From Minisyncoccota bacterium (GTDB taxonomy: Bacteria; Patescibacteriota; Minisyncoccia; Phycocordibacterales; Phycocordibacteraceae): 35,187 nt of DNA. This document shows, piece by piece, positions 1 through 7,327 of the stretch; the stretch's first letter is position 1, and every line of letters starts with the position of its first letter. Under the pieces are notes generated by a model. That model saw nothing but the letters and a program-made list of their open reading frames with translations. It had not been told where the DNA came from and did not search any database. The translations under genes were made by a program, and so were the position numbers. Location of the stretch: the NCBI GenBank assembly GCA_028687085.1, contig JAQUAU010000002.1, positions 1-35,187 of the forward strand. The letters are read 5' to 3'.

Positions 1-969
1 GCGATCAAAGGGCGTGCTCACGTGTTCGGCGCCGTAGCCGAGAAGCGGCCGATTCATTGCTTCTTGCGAGACTGTCCGCCAGATAAAGAGGCGGCTCGAG
101 ACGGTCGGATCGGTAAGCGACAGAGAAGCGAGGCGGTGTATCGGCTCAAACGGAACGCGCGCGAGCTCTGTGCGAAAGGCGATGAACAACCCTGCGAGTG
201 CAATGAGAAGCACGAGCGTGCCGCGCGCATATCTCCGCGCCGTTCCCCTACCCTTCACGGCGACCGCAAGCAAGGCGATGGTGCCGACGATGAGGAGCGC
301 GAGCTGGGTCCCGCGCGTCGCAGTGAGCAGTATCGCAAAGAGCTGGAGCCCCGCGCCCCATCGAAGCATCGTCCGCCGCCAATCGAGATATCCTCCTACC
401 GCCGCAAGCGTCGCGAAGAACGTCATGCCGAGATACGCAGCGAGGAAGGCCGCGTTCCCGAGTGTACCGCCGATGCGGCCATTTGGCTCCACGATAAAGG
501 GCAGGTTCACTCCGGTCGACACGACGATCCACTGAAGCACCAGATATACGGCGGCCAAGGAGCCGACCCACGCGACGATACTGAAGAGGCGCGGCATCCA
601 CGAAGCCTCGGCGGAGAGGAGCAAGAGATAGAAATAGCCGACGCAGACGGTGAGCGTGAGGAGTCCGTCGCCGCGCTCAAAGGTCGACCAGAAACTGCGA
701 TAGAAGTCGATGCCGAAAAGAGATGCGACATAGGCGAGAGCGAGGAGCGCGGCGGGTATCCACACCCCACGCGCGCGGAGCCGACTCCAGAAAAACGGCC
801 TGCTGCTCATTACGAGATACGAGAAGAGCGCGAGAGCGATGAGCCCGAGCGCTCGGAGCGCAAACGTCTTCGGGGAGAGCAAGGGATACATCATCCCCTG
901 CACATAGAAGAGCGGCAAGATGGCCGGTACGAAGAGCACCCACTCGTACCAGGTCGCGATGCGCTTCAT
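1..969 (-). CDS. O-antigen ligase/polymerase (Wzy_C-like) family integral membrane protein, first 323 codons; the 3' end lies beyond the window start
   Basis: Absent from the ORF track because it has no stop in the window. My translation from the ATG at 969-967 stays open to position 1: MKRIATWYEWVLFVPAILPLFYVQG...IGGTLGNAAFLAAYLGMTFF...LTATRGTQLALLIVG...SSRLFIWRTVSQEAMNRPLLGYGAEH. It has many hydrophobic helices plus O-antigen-ligase-type motifs. The + ORF 22..1290 is its antisense shadow. Confidence 0.75.
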   Translation of the reverse strand, partial: MKRIATWYEWVLFVPAILPLFYVQGMMYPLLSPKTFALRALGLIALALFSYLVMSSRPFFWSRLRARGVWIPAALLALAYVASLFGIDFYRSFWSTFERGDGLLTLTVCVGYFYLLLLSAEASWMPRLFSIVAWVGSLAAVYLVLQWIVVSTGVNLPFIVEPNGRIGGTLGNAAFLAAYLGMTFFATLAAVGGYLDWRRTMLRWGAGLQLFAILLTATRGTQLALLIVGTIALLAVAVKGRGTARRYARGTLVLLIALAGLFIAFRTELARVPFEPIHRLASLSLTDPTVSSRLFIWRTVSQEAMNRPLLGYGAEHVSTPFDR

Positions 970-972
970 AGG

Positions 973-1560
973 TTATTGGCCTTTCGGATGCGTTGCATTG
1001 AAATCAGCAAGTGCCTGGATATATTGTGGGATCGGCTCAGCGACGGCCGCGCGCTCAAATGCCGTGCGCGCTGTCCGGTAAGCGCCGAGACGCGTGAAGA
1101 GTTGACCGGCGTTGTACCAGGCGAGACCGGTTTTAGTCGAGTCGAGCGCGAGCGCATTTTGCAGATAGGCGACCTCGCTTCTACCATCGCCCTGCAAGTC
1201 GTATTGGTTGGCGATACTCACATAGAGGATGTAGTCCGTGTACTGCCCGGTACCGAGAAGACCGGCGAGCCGCGCTATCTCGGCATTTGACTGTGCCATA
1301 AGCGCCACGTCTCCCGTATGTGCGCTCTTGAAGCTCCACGAGACGATCGTGTCAGACGGATTCACCGAGAACGGTGAATTGCGGACAATCGGCTTTTCTT
1401 TTGCTGGTGCAGCGACCGGCGTAGAGGAGGCGGCTTCAAGGCCAGCAGGCTCTGGCGCGACCGCCGGAGCCTTCGCGAAGTTCGACCACCCGAGCGCAAT
1501 GGCGACTGCGACAAGGAGCCCGCTGCCCACAACAATCCAATGTGTTTTTGTTATCTGCAT
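973..1560 (-). CDS. membrane-anchored hypothetical protein with a TPR-like C-terminal region
   Basis: ORF 973..1584. The likely start is the ATG at 1560 (MQITKTHWIVVGSGLLVAVAIALGW, an N-terminal TM helix). The C-terminus (AWYNAGQLFTRLGAYRTARTAFERA) looks like a TPR helix pair. It stops 3 nt before the ligase-like gene starts, so the two are probably co-transcribed. Confidence 0.6.
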   Translation of the reverse strand: MQITKTHWIVVGSGLLVAVAIALGWSNFAKAPAVAPEPAGLEAASSTPVAAPAKEKPIVRNSPFSVNPSDTIVSWSFKSAHTGDVALMAQSNAEIARLAGLLGTGQYTDYILYVSIANQYDLQGDGRSEVAYLQNALALDSTKTGLAWYNAGQLFTRLGAYRTARTAFERAAVAEPIPQYIQALADFNATHPKGQ

Positions 1561-1614
1561 ATGCGAAAAGAATACCACATGCATAAAAATCGTCCCTTCT
1601 TGTCCCGAATCCTG

Positions 1615-1650
1615 TGTTTAAGTCAGACTTAAACAAAAAACTGTGGATAA
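1615..1650. repeat. 36-nt repeat, copy 1 (TGTTTAAGTCAGACTTAAACAAAAAACTGTGGATAA)
   Basis: Matches 2395..2430 at 35 of 36 positions, in the same orientation, exactly 780 bp away. Positions 1615-1635 form a perfect 10+1+10 palindrome. The last 9 nt are TGTGGATAA. Confidence 0.9.
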
Positions 1651-1658
1651 CGAATGAG

Positions 1659-2369
1659 CTACCAAGGTTCGAGCGCGAGCTCCTTGTATTCTTCTCCTCG
1701 AGAATCCATATGCAACGCGAGTAGTTCTTTCATTTCTTGTTTTGATGAATCTCCTTTTGTGAGGAGTTCTGCGACAAGGCCATCGGGATCGTCGACAAGC
1801 GGAGATGGCGTGCCGGAAATGCAGTCTTTAAAACTGGAGAAACGGTAATTCTTCGCCCATCCCCATGCGGTATCAAAATCCTTATACGCGGCGGCGAGTC
1901 CGCCCGGATACATTTCTAATACGTTTTTTACGAGAATGTAAAAAGCAAGATAGTTCAAATGCGAGGTCTCGTTCACCGCTCTTGCGTGATACGAACTTTG
2001 GAAGATACTTCCCCTTTCTTTGTACTTTAGATTAAAACGAAGGGAGAGACTCCCGCCAAATCTCTCCATGAATTTCGCCGTTCCACCTTCTCTGATCTCC
2101 TGCAGGAGCAAGTGAAAATGGTTCGACAGAAGCGTCCACGCAAGAATATGTACGAGCGGCTCGCGCAGTGGCCAATAGTCAGGCCGTTCGAAAAGAGGTA
2201 GTTCGGCCGTTTCTCTATGCCAATTCTCAGATATGTAGGTATCATTCAAAAGGAAAAGTGATTTTACAAAACGATAACGATCAGCATTGTCTCGGACAAT
2301 ATCCATACCGCGTGTACCACGTTTAGTAACATGGATGATGGATCCTACAGAAAAAGGTTCAACTCTCAT
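1659..2369 (-). CDS. HUH-superfamily Y1 transposase (IS200-like / REP-associated RAYT-like)
   Basis: The 236-aa ORF carries the HUH motif in LLSNHFHLLLQE and a Tyr-containing helix (SHLNYLAFYILVKNVLEMYPGG) that resembles the Y..NPV region of Y1 transposases. G+C is visibly lower than in its neighbours. Confidence 0.8.
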   Translation of the reverse strand: MRVEPFSVGSIIHVTKRGTRGMDIVRDNADRYRFVKSLFLLNDTYISENWHRETAELPLFERPDYWPLREPLVHILAWTLLSNHFHLLLQEIREGGTAKFMERFGGSLSLRFNLKYKERGSIFQSSYHARAVNETSHLNYLAFYILVKNVLEMYPGGLAAAYKDFDTAWGWAKNYRFSSFKDCISGTPSPLVDDPDGLVAELLTKGDSSKQEMKELLALHMDSRGEEYKELALEPW

Positions 2370-2394
2370 AAGGCGAGATTACCAAATGCTCGAT

Positions 2395-2430
2395 TGTTTA
2401 AGTCAGACTTAAACAGAAAACTGTGGATAA
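2395..2430. repeat. 36-nt repeat, copy 2 (TGTTTAAGTCAGACTTAAACAGAAAACTGTGGATAA)
   Basis: See copy 1. The single mismatch is at 2416 versus 1636. It ends 25 nt upstream of the transposase ATG. Confidence 0.9.
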
Positions 2431-2435
2431 GACAT

Positions 2436-2473
2436 AAACACAAAAACCACCCCGAAGGGTGGTTTTTGTGTTT
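2436..2473. terminator. intrinsic terminator (bidirectional shape) after the surface-protein gene
   Basis: Perfect 17-bp stem AAACACAAAAACCACCC / GGGTGGTTTTTGTGTTT with loop CGAA. The A/T runs lie inside the arms. It is 40 nt downstream of the stop at 2515. Confidence 0.85.
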
Positions 2474-2514
2474 GCTAGACCGAAGTTCTAGCTAGAGCTC
2501 TTGCGAGCCGTTGG

Positions 2515-5500
2515 TTAGAAGTTGAGCGACCGGTTACCGATGGTAAGCGGAAGCGTCTTCACGAGGTAGTCGCTCGTCCAGTCCGTAGCAGTCGTCGCAG
2601 TCGTCGCGTGATTTGTCGCGTCAGACCAGTCAGACCATACGAAGGACGGGTTCGTAGTCGCGCTTGCAAGCGTGGCTCCGGCTACCGTCAAGAAGGCAGC
2701 AGTCGTTACCGTCGTCGAGCTCGGGTTGGCGATGCTCACGCTGATGTTGTTCGCACCAGCAGCAGTGCCGCCAACCGTACCACGGAGCTCATACTTGCGC
2801 GTCGCGCCAGCGGCAACGGTCTGTACCGTGTCCGGGCGGAAGTGCAGCAAGCCTGAGGTGTTGCCCGCGAGCGCATCAAGGCCGCCGAGGAGGTTGCCCG
2901 TTGTCGTCGCAAACGAACCCGTGACGCGTGTCGAACCACTCGTGACATCCCACACCGCGAGGGTGGTGGTTGCACCGATGGTAAGAGCAGCGGTCTTGCT
3001 CACCGTGAAGACCGTCTGGCCCCAGTCAATGTCGCCTGCGGCATCCGCAGTAACGTTGAAGGTACCGAGAACCTGGTCAGCACCAGTGTTGAGCGTCGTG
3101 CTCGGCGCTGTGCCGGCCGCGATTGTCGCGATCGACTTGCGGACGACCATCGCGCCCTTACCGGTCGCATCAGTCGATGCGATGTCGGCACTGGCAGTGA
3201 GAAGGATGTCAGCTGTACCGGACGAGTCGGTGGCGTTGAAGCCCTCGTTGTAGTCCAGTATCACCGAGATTGCCTTGCCCGAAGCCGACGGAGCAGACGC
3301 GACTGTCGGTGTATTTACATACACGTCGAGATCACGGTTGCTGTCTGCCGGGACGAAGAAGGTGAGGCCGGTGAACGTAGCAGTCGAGTGAGTCTGAGCT
3401 CCCGAAGAGAGCGCGAGAGACTGTGTCGCTGTCTGTGTTGCACCTGCAGCATCCTTGTACTGGAGGACCACAGACGAGACGGCAGTCGAGGCTTCTGCCA
3501 AGACCTTCACCTTGATCTGGTCAACCGTGTACGGCGAGTACTGCGTAGTGAAGCGGAACGAGCCGACCTTCACCATTGCACTACCGGCGATAATGTTCGT
3601 CTTATCAGGCGTAGAACCAGCGTTCAACGCGACTATAAGATTCGCAGGACCGACGGTTATCGTCTGGAGCGTCGGCGCCGAAGCGACCGACACAGTGGAA
3701 CCGGTGATAGCACCAGTGCCTGTTGTGTTGGTCGTAACGGTTGTCACCGGGATAGCGCCTGCGTTTGCACCGGACTTGACGTTCGCATAGATATCGAACG
3801 TCTTTGTGCCGGAAGCCGCAATCGACACACTGCCTGAGAACGAGTTGGCTGTGCCAACCGTCGCCTTGCTCGTGCCGAACGCTACACCAGAGTCATGATC
3901 CTTGATGACGAGATCGCTCAACGTCGAGAGGACTGCCGAAGCGAATCCGATCTCGATGGTGTTAACGCTCGCGCCTTCAGTTGCACCGGTCGAGAGCGTG
4001 AAGGCACCAACCTTCACGTTCTGTGCACCGGCGATTACGGTCTGGTTGCCGTAATACGAAGCCTTGTTAGCCGAGAGCGAGCTCGCGGATACCGTAATGG
4101 CATTGCCGGTCACTTCTGATGCCGGGACATTTATGCTCGAGAGCGATACCTGTCCTTGGGCGTTCGAAGAACCAACACCGAGGTAAATCCTGACCGTCTC
4201 ATTGGCGGTAAGGTTCGCCGAGGCCGAAGTCTTCGCATCAGCGTAGACATCAACCACTGCGGTCGTGCCGACCTTCACAATGAAGGACGAACCGAACGTG
4301 TAGTTGGTAGTCGCACCGCCGAATTCAGCAACATCCTTAGTGGAGCCCACCTGGATACCGTTGAGGAAGACTTTGCCGTTGTCGAGACCTACACCACTCG
4401 ACGAAGTGTCAGCTGAGACATTCAAGTTATCAACCTTGATATCTTCGCCGTTGGCGATGATCTTGAAGGTTGCCCACTTGACGTTGCTCTGGCCGTTTGC
4501 AACTGCCGCCGTCGGCGAGTCAGTCGAACGAGTGATTGACGGAGCCGAAGTCGAGACCGAGTTGATCGTTGCCGAAGTGGCCGAGTGCGCTGCGAAGCTA
4601 TTCGTGATAGCTGAAGCATCGCCGCGGACCAAGATCGGCTGATTAAGATCGGTGTCGTAGAAGATCGCGTCGGCCGCATAGCGGAGCGACAGCTGGAAGG
4701 TGCGGGATGCACCGCCCACGATATCGGCGACGACCTTGATAACACGACCGCCTGTCTCGAGGCGAACCGGGCTCGCCGAGAGGTCGAAGGTGACCATGTT
4801 ATTGGTGTCGAACTTCGCCACTGCATCACCGGCGCGGACGCCGTCGACATAGAGGCGGTAGTTCGTGACATCACCACTCTGGACCGAACCGATATTGCGG
4901 AGCGCGAGGGACTTCATGAGTACCGCGCGTGTACCGACAGTAACCGTGTTCTGCCAGACCGTGTAGTCAGCCTGAGGATCAACTGTGTTCGATGTCGGAG
5001 AAGTCGCCGTGCCGAGGTCTACGTTGGCGAGCGTCGCCGCAGAGACCGACTGGAGACCACCCGAGATCGGGAAGCTGACCGAGCCATCGAGCGTGCCGTT
5101 CGAAGCGACCGACACGAGCTTGGCACCGATCTGCTGACCCGACGTGGAGCCTGCGATATCCGAGCGAACGGAGACCGTGTAGACGCCGCCGGCCGGAACT
5201 GTGAAGACACCCTCAGAGTTCTGGAAGCTGTACGCGCCGCTCGATACGCCGGCCGAGTCCGTCAAGCGGACCGCACCAGTGTAGAGGTAGACGTTCGTCA
5301 TCGTCGAGTCATTGCTGACACCGATACGATTGAACGCAAGGTTCGTGACCTTGATCGCGGTTGCCGTCGGGTTCGCGAAGGTGAACTTCGCGAGCTCTGC
5401 GGCTGCCTGACCCTGAACGAGCGCGACGCCGTTCGGCGAGTCGGACGCGAGCGAGACCTTGAGGCCTGTGCCCGTGCCGGCATTCACCGTACCGCCCGTC

Positions 5501-5973
5501 GTGTCGGTCGTTGTCGTGCCGCCGAAGACTGCACGACTCTTAGGACCGAAGTAGCCGGCAGCCGGGCTGACGCCCTTAGCTGTCTGCCAGGCGATCACGC
5601 CAGCCTTGGTGAGGGCACCGAAGTAGCCCGTCGCATTGGCTGTCATGTAGCCGCCTGCCTTAAGCGCGTTCTGGAGCGCTGTCACATCTGTACCAGTCGA
5701 GCCGACCGTGAGGTCGCGCGTGAAGGTAGCAGACGAGGTTGAGCCAGTGCCGGTTGTAACCGGTGTGCTGCCCGTGAGGGAAGCCTGGACGTTTGCAATC
5801 GTGGTGCTATCAGCACCGAACGAAGAGAGGAGCGAGAGAATCGACTGGACCTGCGAGGAGGTCAGAGCTGCCGCGTGCGCGATAGGCGCGAGCGAGAGCA
5901 TTGACGTCGCCATTGCGAGTCCGGTCGCCACTGCTGCGACCTTCGCGATCGCTTTTGTAGTTACCGTTTTCAT
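2515..5973 (-). CDS. giant secreted surface (S-layer-like) protein with an N-terminal peptidoglycan-binding domain
   Basis: ORF 2515..5979, with the ATG at 5973 (MKTVTTKAIAKVAAVATGLAMATSMLSLAPIAHA looks like a signal peptide). A PG_binding_1-like segment follows (GSTGTDVTALQNALKAGGYMTANATGYFGALTKAGVIAWQ). About 1000 aa are rich in T/S/A/G/V and contain no Cys. Module starts recur: KFTFANP, KWATFKII, KVGAFTLS, KVGSFRFT, LGTFNVT. Confidence 0.8.
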   Translation of the reverse strand: MKTVTTKAIAKVAAVATGLAMATSMLSLAPIAHAAALTSSQVQSILSLLSSFGADSTTIANVQASLTGSTPVTTGTGSTSSATFTRDLTVGSTGTDVTALQNALKAGGYMTANATGYFGALTKAGVIAWQTAKGVSPAAGYFGPKSRAVFGGTTTTDTTGGTVNAGTGTGLKVSLASDSPNGVALVQGQAAAELAKFTFANPTATAIKVTNLAFNRIGVSNDSTMTNVYLYTGAVRLTDSAGVSSGAYSFQNSEGVFTVPAGGVYTVSVRSDIAGSTSGQQIGAKLVSVASNGTLDGSVSFPISGGLQSVSAATLANVDLGTATSPTSNTVDPQADYTVWQNTVTVGTRAVLMKSLALRNIGSVQSGDVTNYRLYVDGVRAGDAVAKFDTNNMVTFDLSASPVRLETGGRVIKVVADIVGGASRTFQLSLRYAADAIFYDTDLNQPILVRGDASAITNSFAAHSATSATINSVSTSAPSITRSTDSPTAAVANGQSNVKWATFKIIANGEDIKVDNLNVSADTSSSGVGLDNGKVFLNGIQVGSTKDVAEFGGATTNYTFGSSFIVKVGTTAVVDVYADAKTSASANLTANETVRIYLGVGSSNAQGQVSLSSINVPASEVTGNAITVSASSLSANKASYYGNQTVIAGAQNVKVGAFTLSTGATEGASVNTIEIGFASAVLSTLSDLVIKDHDSGVAFGTSKATVGTANSFSGSVSIAASGTKTFDIYANVKSGANAGAIPVTTVTTNTTGTGAITGSTVSVASAPTLQTITVGPANLIVALNAGSTPDKTNIIAGSAMVKVGSFRFTTQYSPYTVDQIKVKVLAEASTAVSSVVLQYKDAAGATQTATQSLALSSGAQTHSTATFTGLTFFVPADSNRDLDVYVNTPTVASAPSASGKAISVILDYNEGFNATDSSGTADILLTASADIASTDATGKGAMVVRKSIATIAAGTAPSTTLNTGADQVLGTFNVTADAAGDIDWGQTVFTVSKTAALTIGATTTLAVWDVTSGSTRVTGSFATTTGNLLGGLDALAGNTSGLLHFRPDTVQTVAAGATRKYELRGTVGGTAAGANNISVSIANPSSTTVTTAAFLTVAGATLASATTNPSFVWSDWSDATNHATTATTATDWTSDYLVKTLPLTIGNRSLNF

Positions 5974-6296
5974 AAACAATTGTTAAGTATTTAGGGAGCA
6001 CATAATAATCAAGTTGAGGTGTACCACGAGAGTACTTCAGAAAACATAGTCGTGATTACACTTCTTGTTTTCTTGGTCGCACGTTCACTTTCACACTACC
6101 CCACAGCGCACGGTATCGACCAGTGCGCCATGGGTTAGCTGGCAAGGGTTGAGGTGGCTTTCGAGGGCCACTATTTAGTTTTCAAAGTACGCCCTAACGG
6201 GAAAAGAAGTCCCCGCAAGGACTATCGCTAGTATATAGCGAGGACAAGCCTTCCCGGAACTGACGTGTGGATAACGGCTAGGAAATAGGTGCAGAA
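5974..6296 (-). other. long non-coding, hairpin-rich region (candidate structured 5' UTR or small RNA)
   Basis: No ORF of meaningful length on either strand. Several 5-7 bp stems are present: 6207-6225 AGTCC/GGACT, 6154-6171 GTGGC/GCCAC, 6106-6128 GCGCAC/GTGCGC, and 6038-6070. The 9-mer GTTGAGGTG occurs at 6013 and 6149. A TATACT element (minus) lies at 6235-6230. Confidence 0.4.
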
Positions 6297-6319
6297 AAGA
6301 GGCCGTTTCCGGCCTTTCT
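6292..6319 (-). terminator. intrinsic terminator after the wHTH gene
   Basis: The minus strand reads AAAGGCCGGAAACGGCCTCTTTTCTGC: a GC stem (GGCCG/CGGCC plus 2-3 more pairs), a 4-nt loop and a U-rich tail. Confidence 0.6.
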
Positions 6320-6389
6320 AACGCCCTATGTCCTAGTCGCTACCACGGTCGTCATACTACCAAAGACGGCAAAAAGAGTCAAAACTTAC

Positions 6390-7196
6390 CTATGAGGCAA
6401 GGGAATAGGTGCTCCAACGCCTCTCTCCCCGCTTCTCTACCCTCCCGGCCGCGATAAGCGCGAGAAGCTCGCGCTGAATGGTCTTCTCTGAGATTCCACG
6501 GATTACGGTAGAGAGGTCCTTAATGCTTGCCTGTCGTTTATTACGTATAACGGACATAATAGTCTCCTGTCTGTCCTTTATACGGCCGTCAGAAATGTCC
6601 TTTATGTCTTTTACGCGCGGCTTCCCTGTCGGTGTCGAGAGTGCGGTAGCGCGAGAGTTGCCACCCTGCTTCACGACCGGTGTGTTCGCGTGCCGAAGCG
6701 GTTCGTGCGCAAGCGCTTTCTTAGCGATACTGGAAAGCGTCGGCGCCTCGTCGATAAAGAGACGCGGCTCCTCATAGGCGGCCACTTCTTGAAGCAGGAG
6801 ATGGGCTTCGTGAGCGATCATCTCTGCATTCATCGCAGAGAGCAGTCCGCCGGTGCGAGCGATGGAGAGCACGCTCGAGAGGGCGAGCAATTCGCGAGCA
6901 AGCGCGGTGCGCACCACGCCTGAGGGCAGGATGGCCGCATCGACAAGACCGAGTGCGATAGCGTCGATGCGATTTCGAAGCGACACCGATCCGGCGAAGG
7001 CCGGGGCGATAAGATGGACGGCTTTGGCGAGGCGCTCGGCCTTCTTGTAGATAAAGACCCTTCGAATGTCCTTTTCAAACACGTTATTAAATATGCTTTT
7101 CTCTAGGACGAAATCGTCATTGTACCCTTCCTTATTTTTAATCGGAAGATGCCTTATTTCGGACATATGACCTTTATCATCTTTATCTTGTCCCAT
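6390..7196 (-). CDS. hypothetical protein with a C-terminal winged-helix DNA-binding domain (putative transcription regulator)
   Basis: ORF 6390..7253. The C-terminus (IKDLSTVIRGISEKTIQRELLALIAAGRVEKRGERRWSTYSL) looks DeoR/MarR-like. I prefer the ATG at 7196 because a TATACT lies 12 nt upstream. An alternative ATG at 7166 has AAAGG upstream. Confidence 0.6.
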   Translation of the reverse strand: MGQDKDDKGHMSEIRHLPIKNKEGYNDDFVLEKSIFNNVFEKDIRRVFIYKKAERLAKAVHLIAPAFAGSVSLRNRIDAIALGLVDAAILPSGVVRTALARELLALSSVLSIARTGGLLSAMNAEMIAHEAHLLLQEVAAYEEPRLFIDEAPTLSSIAKKALAHEPLRHANTPVVKQGGNSRATALSTPTGKPRVKDIKDISDGRIKDRQETIMSVIRNKRQASIKDLSTVIRGISEKTIQRELLALIAAGRVEKRGERRWSTYSLAS

Positions 7197-7327
7197 ACGA
7201 TATGAGACAGTATACCCCGCACCAACTCTCGTGCAAGAGAGCCTGGTATTCAACGTGAGCTAGTACTTAAAATGAAGAGTGGAGTTGGTACGGGGCACGC
7301 GTCCTTAGTGATACAATACACACATAT

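Larger units (their letters stand above)
1615..2430 (-). mobile_element. candidate minimal IS200/IS605-like or RAYT cassette (repeat - tnpA-like gene - repeat)
   Basis: A Y1 transposase gene is flanked by hairpin-forming repeats in the same orientation. The region is low in GC. It sits between a terminator and the next operon's promoter. Confidence 0.5.

Noticed and set aside
22-1290. 422-aa plus-strand ORF, the longest ORF listed at the left edge
   Set aside because: Its composition is Arg/Glu/Pro-rich and not protein-like. It is exactly antisense to a well-formed membrane protein (1..969) and the TPR-like gene. It is a typical high-GC shadow ORF.
2515-2580. LPXTG sortase signal at the C-terminus of the surface protein (KTLPLTIGNRSLNF)
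   Set aside because: The motif reads LPLTIG, not LPXTG. It is not followed by a hydrophobic helix and a basic tail.
1642-6275. Three perfect DnaA-box 9-mers (TGTGGATAA, reverse complement of TTATCCACA, at 1642, 2422 and 6267) as a possible oriC
   Set aside because: Two of the three are simply part of the 36-nt repeat flanking the transposase. There is no dnaA or dnaN gene here and no AT-rich unwinding element. Gene orientation does not switch consistently around the region. The boxes are worth counting genome-wide, but they are not sufficient to call an origin.
5974-6389. RNase P RNA or SRP (4.5S) RNA in the long intergenic region
   Set aside because: GAAAAGAAGTCC and CCGGGAAGG superficially resemble the P4 and helix-8 motifs. 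However, the partner strands (ACAGAA..GGCUUA and AGCAGC) are missing and the spacing is wrong.
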